Shown here one piece after another: positions 53,801 through 64,000 of a stretch of DNA of 64,000 nt. The notes beneath the pieces were generated by a model. The model did not search any database, was not told where the DNA came from, and saw nothing but the letters and a program-made list of their open reading frames with translations. The stretch spans positions 2,544,001 to 2,608,000 of the forward strand of contig CM119371.1 in assembly GCA_051294905.1 (NCBI GenBank). The letters are read 5' to 3'. A program made the position numbers and the translations under genes. The stretch's first letter is position 1, and each line of letters starts with the position of its first letter. This DNA comes from Botryllus schlosseri. Taxonomy: Eukaryota.

Positions 53801-53920
53801 ATTGAAACCCTACCTGACAAGTCTGGGTTGGTGAGAAGCGTGAGGGTCTTTACCAAAACGAATATTTTGAAACGACCCATAAACAAATTGGTGCTTCTCT
53901 GTGAAGCTCGTGACTGTTGA
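47855..53920 (+). CDS. BEL/Pao gag-pol polyprotein, single frame of 2022 codons with one in-frame TAA at 48386
   Basis: Gag FSGDPIEF, Zn knuckles CFMC..H..C and CFKC..GH..C, protease ALIDNAS, RT YVDD, RNase H HHFSDASE, integrase H..GH..CVSC, AVDCFG, SDNG, FERQI; order PR-RT-RH-IN. Confidence 0.93.
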
Positions 53921-54052
53921 GAGCTGAAATTTGTTACAGTTTTTTGAGTATTGTAACCTTTCGTTTCTTTGTGTTCTCATTGTGAATTTGCAGTTGTGTA
54001 AAAATTGCCAAACTTGCATAAATTCAAATTTTCAATTTTTAAAGGGCCAGGA

Positions 54053-54510
54053 TGAAGTCGCGATTTCGGACTTCAAGAGCCATAAACATCACGGTTCAAT
54101 AAACCTTGTATGACCTTTGTGACGTAACTGTTATAGAGTTGATTGCCGTTCAGTTTCGCCCTCGTTGCCTGCTTTGTATCAGTTGCTAATATTTTGAGCT
54201 ATCAATCTTATTCAATCGTATTTACATCGCAATTTTTATAGATCCTAAATTAATTATTATGAATATTACGATTCGAAATTTGTAACTGTCCTCAAGGAAA
54301 CACCGTCAAGTAAGTATATATTGATTTATCCGGTACTAAACAATTAGTGTTCATTCTCTGTGTATTAATGCTTTCAGAAAACCGTTTTTCGTCTGTGTAA
54401 AAGAAAATCCAACGAAGCAGGCAGAAACGCGTCATCTTGGGGTGTTGGATAGGACAGTTATATATCCATTGTGTATACGTGGAAGATTCCACCCCTCTTT
54501 CGCGGTTACA
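54053..54510 (+). repeat. Putative 3' LTR (458 bp), with no second copy in the window
   Basis: Starts TG right after the purine tract and ends CA; imperfect terminal inverted repeat tgaagtcgcg / cgcggttaca; internal gtaagt...tttcag intron-like segment. Confidence 0.65.
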
Positions 54511-54552
54511 TTACATTGTCTCAAAGATTGGAACGGACGCTGTTTGTGGACA

Positions 54553-56691
54553 TTATTTGTAAATAAAGTCCATGCGCCTATCCTTTGCCACAAAAATTTT
54601 CGTGACTTCGTTGTAAAAGTCCTCCTTGTTCTCCTTCAGTTTCAAAAGTCTCTTCGCCTCAATTGAGATGAGGGCCAAAGAGGAAAGTCGCCCTGAATCG
54701 GTCCTATTTCGACTGTATGTCTTGAGTCTTTTTAACGCAGAGAACGACCTTTCCACTGACGCTGTAGTAGCTGGCACAGTTAGCACCAGTTGGAGCAACT
54801 TTGTGGCCTCTGGAACCGTCTGAAGCAGATCTTTCTGGGTTAAAAATCTCAGAAGCTCTCCTGGAGATTTGCACTCATTCCTCACTGTTTGCGAGCTGTA
54901 CAGTCCGATGAGGTCAGTCTTTAGTCTAACAAAGTCAAAAAACTTTGCATATTTTGACAGGCTCTGTAGTTTGGTGTCATCAAAATGTCGTGACATCTCA
55001 TTGAATTTTGTACAGTCGACCAAACCGAGGAAAGCTAGCTCCCCAAAATGATCGAACCTAGCTTTCATTTGAACAAGGATGTTATCCAGAATGCTGCAGA
55101 ACATTCGTTTTCTCTCATCTCTGACCGACTGATTTCTTCCGCTTTCGGTTAGTTCAAGTCTACTGCATTTCTGTTCAAATCGCTGGTACTTCATGTTAAA
55201 CTCTCTTCTCATGCGTTCAACAGCTTCGATGGTGTCCTGGATTCGCGCACAACAATAGCCAATGTCCATGACCTTGTTTTGCAACACTCTAAAAAGCGCA
55301 TCGGTTTCACAAAATACGTCTTCATATGCCATAATTAAAAAGCATGTTGATGCTTTTGTCAGCCAACGATAATATCCAGCGGCCATCATTTGAGTTTCAT
55401 TATCCCAATTGTCAGGATTTTCAATAATGATGCGAAATACGGCACGCAGATCAGATTGGTACATGCTTGTTGTCTGTAGCAGGCGGGAATTTGAACTCCA
55501 TCTTGTGGACGCTGCTCTTGGTAAGCGCCGTTTCACAACATCATCCAATAAACGGGTACGCTTCGAGGATTTGCTAAAAAATGACCCTAGTCCCTCAAGT
55601 GTTTTAAAAAACGCTCTGCTCTCAGGCATACATTTTGCTGAATGCTGGAGCACAAGGTTAAGCTTGTGTGCATAGCAGTGTGTGAACATGGCCTCTGGTA
55701 CTTTTTCTTTAATTTTAGCTTGCACTCCATTAAGCTCTGATGCCATCACAGCAGCCCCGTCATATGTCTGAGCTACTAGCTTTTCGACACAGTTGTATTT
55801 TTCCAATGCACCCAAGACATACGAAGCTACCGCAGAGGCTCGTCTGTCCTCACTTACGTCATCAAATCCCAAAAAGGCCTCCTTGACTTCACAGTCTAAT
55901 CCCATTTTTTCTACATAGCGGAAAATAACAGAGATCTGTGCTTTATTTGTGACATCGGTTGTCTCGTCTACCTCTACAGCGACAAATTTGGCAGCATTAA
56001 TCTCACTTTTTATATCATTACGAATTACATCACCGACTGCCTCAATTAAATCGTTCTGCGTTCGATTTGACAAGCCAGAAAACACACTGGATGTCTCCAA
56101 ATGTCTTGCCAACCTTTCATCTTTCTCGGCAAAAGCATGTAACAGCTCTACATAATTGCCGCGATTAGTCGAGCTTGCCTTCTCATTGTTGCCTCGAAAT
56201 GCTAGCTCCTGTTTACCTAAGAAGCAGGTTGCATTAATCAGGTCTTTTAAAATATCTCGGTTTTCCTTTACTTTTGCATTGTGGATGCTAATATCGAGTG
56301 TCCGCTGTTCGTTCAAAGCCGTATCGATCCTGGAATTTCCGAAATATTTTGCAGAAATCGTGCTTTGAATATGGGTTGTCGATCTCTCATGTCTGCTGAG
56401 GCTTCGTGGCAAATTTTTCAAGTCACAATATCCCGTGGTAGTCCAGACATTGTTAGAAGTTGAAAACAAAAGGCAGGGAAAGCAGTAAAGACGATTTTTT
56501 AAAGCGCAGCCACACAGCCATTCTTTTCGGGTATACCAGTCCTGTTGAAAAGTGCGCATTTTCTTGTTTCCAATATTTTGAAGCAAACCTTTTAGTTGCG
56601 GCGTTGGTCTTCCGTTGCTGATCACTTCTATTTTTGCGCGAAACTTCAGTTTTGAGAAATCCCGAAGCTTGGATATATAATCCTCTTCCAT
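54553..56691 (-). CDS. hAT transposase (ZMYM1/ZNF862-like: TTF-type Zn finger, DUF4371-like region, hATC dimerisation domain), 712 aa, uninterrupted
   Basis: YCFPC..HERSTTH, LAFRG, VDETTD, YDGAAVM, HCYAHKLNL, TRW, PATTASVERSFSALKRLKT. Confidence 0.95.
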   Translation of the reverse strand: MEEDYISKLRDFSKLKFRAKIEVISNGRPTPQLKGLLQNIGNKKMRTFQQDWYTRKEWLCGCALKNRLYCFPCLLFSTSNNVWTTTGYCDLKNLPRSLSRHERSTTHIQSTISAKYFGNSRIDTALNEQRTLDISIHNAKVKENRDILKDLINATCFLGKQELAFRGNNEKASSTNRGNYVELLHAFAEKDERLARHLETSSVFSGLSNRTQNDLIEAVGDVIRNDIKSEINAAKFVAVEVDETTDVTNKAQISVIFRYVEKMGLDCEVKEAFLGFDDVSEDRRASAVASYVLGALEKYNCVEKLVAQTYDGAAVMASELNGVQAKIKEKVPEAMFTHCYAHKLNLVLQHSAKCMPESRAFFKTLEGLGSFFSKSSKRTRLLDDVVKRRLPRAASTRWSSNSRLLQTTSMYQSDLRAVFRIIIENPDNWDNETQMMAAGYYRWLTKASTCFLIMAYEDVFCETDALFRVLQNKVMDIGYCCARIQDTIEAVERMRREFNMKYQRFEQKCSRLELTESGRNQSVRDERKRMFCSILDNILVQMKARFDHFGELAFLGLVDCTKFNEMSRHFDDTKLQSLSKYAKFFDFVRLKTDLIGLYSSQTVRNECKSPGELLRFLTQKDLLQTVPEATKLLQLVLTVPATTASVERSFSALKRLKTYSRNRTDSGRLSSLALISIEAKRLLKLKENKEDFYNEVTKIFVAKDRRMDFIYK

Positions 56692-58718
56692 TTTGGGAGC
56701 CCCAAGCGCGCTGTTTAATCACTGCGGTTCTGTATTTGATCAGCAAAACTAAATATGTCACTCACTATTATCACACCTTTAGAAATGATTAGACATCAGC
56801 CAGCCTGTGACAAATCAGGGTGATATTCATGATTGGGGATAGAGATGTCATTAGAATCGACCTGGTGTAAATAACTATTGCAGTCGAAAACACTATAAAC
56901 GACCACAAACAACGACAACGCAGGCTATGTAAGTACATGAATCACATATCACAATTTAAGGTTATACAGCTATTGAATTTGAACACAGCATAAAGGCCAC
57001 AAAACACGACAATAGGCTATGCTAGTAGCTATCACATACCACAACGTATCTATGGATGGAAAATAGGCCTACATAAACCTAACATATATATTTGTCGTCG
57101 CTACTACCGGTATGCAATTCCTACAAGACTGTTGGATTGGATTCCGAAATCGATAGAACGTTTCACTTTGCTGCAAGTGTCCGATAGTTAGCGAATAGTG
57201 CATGAGCTAGATTCGTTTGTGCCTCCTCTGGCCATTGTTTTTCTGCGTTGGCATCGTCTGTAATAAAGCCGACTGTCACCTTCTTTGACGATTTTTGGGG
57301 GGTTCTGGTGCTCTGACACTGCTAATATTTGGATTTTCGGAATCAGTGCGACGATAGCATTTGATTGATACCAATTATTATGAATTCCGAGCTATTTATG
57401 ATGAATTGCATTGTTCCAAGTAAGGCACGACCCGCCCGTGCCTCACCCGTGCCTCACCTCTCCTTTCGCGCTGTATTTTTGAATAATAATGAGGCAAATT
57501 GATGATGTTGGGTGAAAAAATGTTCAGATTTAGTTATTTATGAACATCGACGGAAAATATCAATAATCATCGAGGGTTTTCATAATTTCACTCACTCACT
57601 CTAACGACAGGTGAGGCACTGCCTCCCCTGCCTCATTGGACCGCACGTCACTGATTCATTGTGTTTTCAAGAGCCGAAATATGTTATCGATATTTCCGGC
57701 CAGAAGATATTATATAGCGGCAGTTGATTTTCTGGGAAACGTCGGCTGAAGTTGGGACCGATACCTTGCCCCAGTTTGCGTCAAAAGTCAACATCATTTT
57801 CTTCCCCACCAATGAAAGAGCAAGCGTCCAGAAACGCATGCGATAAAAAAATCTTTTTATGTTGACCGATTAAAAAGGGACCTATCTCATGCTCAAGGTA
57901 GGTCAAATTTATAATCAAGTTGAAGACGGATTTGTGGTTCAATCACTGTTTAATAGGTGGCTGGGTAGCCTGTAATATGAGAAGAAAGGAAAGCTTTATA
58001 TCTTGATTTGGAGGAAGCTGGTCAGTGGTCGTATTAAACCAAAAATTGGGTCAGTTTTATATTTACTATTTTAAGGCCAGCAGGCATCTACAAATAAATA
58101 AACTACAAAAAATTTAAGCTACTGTCAAATGCAAGTTTATAAATTACAAACAGCTCCCACGCTTTTTGTAATGCTGTAGGCTACATGGTTGAAGCGTATT
58201 ATAGATTCTATGCCGATTTATGAAGGCCTATATATTTATCAAAAATGTGACAAGTTTATGCCAACTCTGATCACTTTTGTCCTATCATTACAGGATGGGG
58301 TTTGCCGTAGAAAATTGAAGGGTCAAATGCCGGTTCCGCCTCCACGCCTCCACCGCCCCGCCTCCACTAAGAATGTCCGGTTTTGACTATATCTATGAAG
58401 GACCCATTGTCAAGAAGAAGAAAGTGTTGTAATTCATAGTCATTTCACCACAAAGTGAGGTAGTTAAGAATTCTTCCATTTAAAATTGTGATAGGCATTT
58501 CTATTTTCTCGCATACCACTGCATAACTGTACTGGTATTCAGACCAAGGATTACAGCAATGACCACAATTGATGATCGTCATGGATGCTGGCCATTCAAT
58601 TTGATATTATTTTTCCCCCTTTACCCCATATTGATATAGCTGTAATCGCCGCAGTCTAACTCTTAATGTATATCTTGGTCAGTCTGTCAATTTCCTACGA
58701 GGTTTCTTGACATGTAGG

Positions 58719-59129
58719 TAGGGTTACATTACCATACGTCCTCCATTTTCGGGTTTTTGAAAATGTCCCAGAGGATGCCTAAATATCCTCTTTTTTTGGC
58801 AATTTATCCTCCTTTACAGCTTTTGAAGCTAAGATAAATGACAGTGTCTGAGGTAAAATGGGCATTAATGACGCTAAGAAAGAGCTAATACGGAGTCTCG
58901 AGCGGAAGTGACGACCTTTTTTAGTCAACACCAGTAATTTTAAGTAAAAAGTGCGTAAATCGGTAGTCAAACGAAAGTGATGACCATTTTTTAACCATTT
59001 TTTAAATAAAAATCGCCAAATTTTACAGCAAAAAATTGCAAAATCAGCTGTTTTCAGTATTGATCAACTAACTGTACATATTTGGTCAAAGTGTCATCCT
59101 TCCCGATTTCAAAATATATGGTAACCATA
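58719..59129. mobile_element. hAT Blackjack-type MITE
   Basis: Ends tagggttac / gtaaccata; perfect TSD catgtagg. Confidence 0.85.
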
Positions 59130-59229
59130 CATGTAGGAATATCTGTGCTGTACTGTTACTAGTAGCAATCAAGGTACAGCTAGAGACAAACAATTTCACT
59201 CAGGTCAAGATTATTGCATCACAGATGAT

Positions 59230-60519
59230 TACTGCCTGTGCCCAGCCACACAACGCCACGGACCGTGTAAGCAGATCGCAAAATCCAATGATGAAGAACC
59301 TCCAAGACTGTCACCTAACCCATTTGCTGGATATGAAAGGGTCATGGCGACGAGGAGATCTTTCATTCTAACTGGATTCTTACTTTGATCTCCCTGATGT
59401 TTCATGCACTTCCAGTTGTGCCAGGGTAGCTCTGCATAACTGAATACCATCTAGCAAATGGCTGATAAATATATACAATACCACACATGACTGTTTGGAG
59501 TTTATAATTTATTCAACAGATGAGACATTGAAGGATTGCATGCCTAAACATAAGTAGCAGTCAACAATGCCGCAAGACTGGTGGTGATATAGGCTACTGT
59601 TGTATACCTCAACTGTGGGAGGCATGGCCATCAAACTGTCCTTCTTGTAATAACATTTCTTGACGACACTGCATATTTGCAATGTGATGTCAATCTTTAG
59701 CATCGCAGAGAGACAGTAAGCAGTGTGGATAGGGCATGTTAGTCGAATCTGAAAATATACCAGATTATAAACTATTTAAAGACACTGGCGCTGAATTACA
59801 ATTTGGCTATTGTAAGGCTAGTGTTTGTCCAGATTCACTAAAACTACATTGTATGCTTCATGCCACCAATTTTAAAGTTGCAAACATTGTGAAACCATAG
59901 CAATTTACAACGTAGCTACGTTGTAAATTGCTATGGTGAAACACTGCGGTATCATTTATGATCAAGGGTTTCCATTCAAATCACCACATATACCCTGGCT
60001 TCCGTTGTTTGATTCCCTTCATTTCTGAAATTTACTAACTAGCTTCTTCGAGAACAAGTTTCTTGAGACTCTCGCGGGCCGCACAAAACGGCGTTGCGGG
60101 CCGCAACCGTAGTTTGCCCACCCCTGGTCTAACTACATGGTCATTGAATTTTCGAATTGCCTTTCTCAAAAGCAAAATCAGCCATATATTCTCAAATATC
60201 ACTCTCCCTTTCAGAAATAATGGCAGACACTAATGACTCAGGCTGGGGCGGCTTTATTCCAGTAGGCTCTATATATATCCTTTCCACGAGCTCAAGTAAA
60301 AATTTGGCAGAGAGAAGCCTGTCGTTTGATTTTGTGAATAATATCGTATCATTTGCCACTAACGTGCGAGGCCATAATTTCAATAGACATGATCTCACTG
60401 TATAAATGAGTAAGCCGTGTACCTGATGAAATCGAAATAATAATGATGAAAACACGGATCCCAATTACTATTTTCCCAACAGTATTATAACCAGGGACGG
60501 CACAACTGTTTGCAGGCAT
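59230..60519 (-). pseudogene. Decayed THAP-led gene of the right arm of element 2, possibly THAP-SWIM-YqaJ type
   Basis: MPANSCAVPGYNT at the TIR end; FSLP..W and VCHYF remnants; downstream CGIVDCYLCLG, GDQSKNP..MTLS and LGDSLGG..CLHG. Confidence 0.4.
59896..59935. mobile_element. 40-bp perfect palindrome with a 7-bp TSD; probable P/Galileo-type excision footprint
   Basis: gtgaaac|catagcaatttacaacgtag ctacgttgtaaattgctatg|gtgaaac. Confidence 0.8.
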
Positions 60520-62800
60520 CTCCAATATTCGATAGCTGTAAATAAGCACCAATACCGATCTCCAAAACATATAGATATAAAGTCAAATGCTACAACCGAT
60601 CGGCAAACACAACAGAAACTTTCTCAATGCTGACTTTGCCAAGGTTTTGTAACTAGCGCGACCTTGCACCATGCTCACTATCATCCGACCGTAAATGATT
60701 GACAGGCCATGCACTTACCGTTCTATCCCATTCAGTTTTCCATGGTTTTGCACTTGCCCTATGCCAGGGGCGGGCAACTTGTCCGGTCAGTGAGCCGCAG
60801 ATGGGAAAATTAGGCACTTGGCGGGCCAGATTTCAGAATATATACAATTATATATTATACCTTAATCGCGTATTTATCCACCGCTACAAGGAATCAATTT
60901 AGTTTATTACCAGCTATCCGACAGTCGTCGAGCATGTCCGCATTCAAATCGAAATACAAGCAATTTCTCCTAAATCAATACTAGCCAGTCTTCGGGATTA
61001 CCGGACCACGACCTAACATCGACCTCGCCCTTCGCCACTTGCCACCTCATTTTGTCGCTTGCGTCTTATATTCTCTGCATTACTTTTCAGTCAGTGTCCA
61101 TGCCCCTTATTTACTTCGCCTAGGCTAAGGTTGGTGTCTGATCTTAATGGCTGCTTCAAGTTATTTCGACACCTTCCTATCTTCGCATTGTATCGCGGTC
61201 TTGTGATGTTTTAAAACGATGAAAATATTAATAAACCTGATTGATTGATGTAAACTTCAAGTTTAAAGCATAGAGATCAAAAAGAGTATTTCATAAATTT
61301 ATTTACAACAGCTATTGAAGTCAATTAGACATCTATGGTCATTCAATACTAGTTTTTTGAACTCTGATTGCATGTCATAAGCAAAAACCCTTAGTGAAGA
61401 CTGCTAATGTTTGTGGCAGTGTTGAGAATAAGTCACTGCCTTCGAATCACAAATCATCTCGAATCATTGTACATTTTGACTCGAGTTAAGTCAATTCACT
61501 GGATTTTCATAGGTGACAAGGGTCAAGTCAAGTCACTCGATTTTTGGAGGAGACCCGAGTCAAGTCAAGTCAAGTCACGAGTCAAGTAACTAGTCAAGTA
61601 AAGTTGAAATTTCTAAGTAGGCCTACTAGACATGATTCAAATTCATTACTATGGGGCGATTTTTTTTCAAAATTTTTTCAAAATTTTGTTTTACACCATG
61701 AGTTTGATTTATTTTGCTGTTCTTGTGTAAATCACACTAACATGTAACTTAGTTACTCCCGCCATTCACCGGCATCAAAAATCCAGTGTTTTTCGGCTGT
61801 ATCTCGTTTTATGTTCACTACAGGGAAACCTTTCTTCTTAAGAATGATAGAAACATGTTTTGACAGCTTTCATGACCCTACGACTAGTGGTTGTTGAGAT
61901 GGCAATTTCACCACCTCTCACGCAGACATTGGGGGGATGCCGGCTGGAAAATGGAGGCAATCACTTAAAACCAATTTTGATTGAAGTTTCATGTCATTTT
62001 TCCGGACTTGAAAACCCCCCTTTTTCGATTTGAAAAAAAAAGTCATTTTCACTCCACCCTAGAACGCATGCCTATTGACATTCCAACATTTAACGACAAA
62101 TGACGATACATATCCCCACATCTTCACCAAGTCTACCTACCTCTCATTCGAATTAAGTTCTGACACATGAAAAAATGGTCTGGAATTTATCCTGATACAA
62201 CCTTTTGTCAACTTGTACGCATTAGCGTAAAATACATGGTCTCTCCATTTCCCGATAACCCAAATGAAATGCAAGGCTCAAATAACGAATTAATATTTAT
62301 TTCAAATCAATTCTATACATTTCATAACATGAAAACGCAGCCCAATACAACATAAAATCATTGAAATTTCAGCCACTACTCGCAAAGTCTAAGATGCAGA
62401 TACTCATTAGGAGTCATTAACAATACTCTATATGAGTTGTGGATAATGTCAGTATAATTGCAAATTATTGACAATGGACAGTGAGAGTAATTTACAGAAT
62501 GTCAAGCAGCAAATCATACCATCTCAGCAAAAAGGGCATATTGAATCACATCCATAAGATTATCTGAAATTTCGATTGTTATGGATTAACAATTTGCCTC
62601 TTTTTCTGTTAACTATGATGTATAAAGTCATTTAGAATAAATTGATCACATATCAATAATAAACGAGGTCATCAAGAGAAATGATCCCATTATATTATGC
62701 TCGAAGCATCTAGAAACAACAAGGTAGCAGAAAAATTGGTCATTGGTCATAGAAGCAAGAAAAATTGTTGACTCGAAGTACAGCGACCGTCATTCTACAG

Positions 62801-63124
62801 CAGTGGATCTCAACCTTTTTTAGACACGCCCCCTTTTTGATAATGTAAAATGTCGCGCCCCACTCATCGTCATATCACAAAAGACAACTGGGATGCTAGC
62901 AACCCCAACAGATTATTTAGTGGTATGGTCGGTTATGAATGTTGATGGGAGAATAAAAAAAAATATTTAATTGTTGGATATATATAGAGAGAAACACACG
63001 TGTATTGGAGGTAAATAGCGCCGAGCGCGAAATTTTTTTTCAGGTTACTGCTTCTTCGCGCCCCCTTTCAAATGTTTCACGCCCCCCCTCAAAGGGGGCG
63101 CGCCCCCCAGGTTGAGAACCCCTG
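62801..63124. mobile_element. hAT Charlie-type MITE
   Basis: cagtggatctcaacc / ggttgagaacccctg; TSD ttctacag / ttctatag. Confidence 0.8.
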
Positions 63125-64000
63125 TTCTATAGAATAATATCAAGGTCATGAAATATCTTCGTCATGAAAGCTTTAACCTCGGTAAGTTTACCTTTCAACA
63201 CTCTTCTGAAGTCAACTGTACTAAAGATATAGAGAAAGATCACTAGATCATAATGGAGCATGGAGAATCATACATAACTGACATTACAATGGATTTCATA
63301 TACTATACATTCATTTTCAACAAAACTTTTAATTTTATATTTTTTGGGTTTTTTTTTTTTGAAGAATTTTATTTCTATCATAATTCATCACACAAAACGT
63401 AAAGACAGTACACAGTACACAATGCACATCTAAGAATATAACACTTTTTTCATTTTTTTATATTTATGATTTTTATATAATTTTTATTATAATCAATTAT
63501 TTTATAGGTGTAGGACGATGGTATATATCCATTTTATCCCGCGAGTTGATCACAACTTGCGAGTAAATAGTTATAATAGCAAACAATTCAACAGGAAGAC
63601 TGCTTGAACTCTACTGTAGTCAAACAACCATGGCATTCAAATCCATTCAACCAGTATTTTGTGCCGTAAAACATTCGTCTTTGGAGATATGTAGGTTTGA
63701 CGTGACGTTTACGGCATCCATTGTTTTCGTCGATTTGTGAAGCTTTATGCAACTGTTTCGGTTACTTAATTGTAAAATGCATATTAGAAATAGTTTCGTG
63801 AAATTTCAGCGATTGAACATGAAATAGTCCCTTTGAATTCTGAAACCAATAGCAGTAATTCTGCTCTGCACGTCTCAATTTTTTTTGATGACGATTGGCT
63901 CTTGTACACGAGTAACAATGTTGCATCTACAAGTACAGCCTTTTCAAATACTACCTGAAAAACAATTACCGCTGAATAAATCACTGTCCCAGTTAATCAA

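Larger units (their letters stand above)
47732..54517 (+). mobile_element. BEL/Pao LTR retrotransposon lacking a 5' LTR
   Basis: gag-pol ORF, purine tract aaagggccagga and one LTR; flanked by gtctcaaa at 47724-47731 and 54518-54525. Confidence 0.88.
47531..57653 (-). mobile_element. hAT transposon, apparently intact, carrying a BEL/Pao insertion
   Basis: Perfect 14-bp TIR cagtgacgtgcggt; perfect 8-bp TSD attcattg; subterminal gaggca/tgcctc repeats. Confidence 0.95.
47353..57897 (+). pseudogene. Decayed THAP gene of the left arm of element 2 (start 47353-47387; exon ~57671-57897), split by the hAT insertion
   Basis: MP..[C]AVPGCNT at the TIR end; AEICYRYFRPEDI..GKRRLKLGPIP resembles THAP ICSxHF..RLKxxAVP; gtagg donor. 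Confidence 0.55.
42717..60744. mobile_element. Galileo-like P-superfamily element 2 (decayed) with long TIRs, host to nested insertions
   Basis: 7-bp TSD gttttgc at 42710-42716 and 60745-60751; ends catggaaaactgaatg / cattcagttttccatg; left TIR (42717-42738 plus 47144-47387) matches the reverse complement of 60481-60744. Confidence 0.88.

Noticed and set aside
49037..56463. Many short ORFs antisense to the BEL and hAT genes
   Set aside because: They are shadow ORFs of long coding regions with no independent motifs.
63784..63984. 66-aa minus-strand ORF at the window edge
   Set aside because: No recognisable homology or clear donor site; it cannot be supported within this window.

Overview
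This is AT-rich eukaryotic (animal, probably marine invertebrate) genomic DNA with no recognisable intact host gene. 1-30 kb is a scrambled tandem array of decayed RBM28/Nop4-like exons on the minus strand (about 15 exon copies, RRM2-end to RRM4), interspersed with hAT MITEs, a non-autonomous piggyBac-type element and a broken piggyBac transposon. 33.2-60.7 kb holds two adjacent P-superfamily (THAP) DNA transposons. Element 1 (33235-42691) has an 8-bp TSD, mismatched termini, 212-bp subterminal inverted repeats, and a spliced ~912-aa THAP9-like transposase broken only by one hAT insertion. Element 2 (42717-60744) has a 7-bp TSD and ~260-bp TIRs that each run into the start of a THAP gene, giving two convergent decayed THAP genes. 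Nested in element 2 are a full-length CR1/Crack-like LINE, an intact hAT transposon carrying a near-intact BEL/Pao retrotransposon with no 5' LTR, a hAT MITE, and a 40-bp perfect palindrome with a 7-bp TSD resembling a P-type excision footprint. All protein assignments are by-eye motif recognition; no searches were run.
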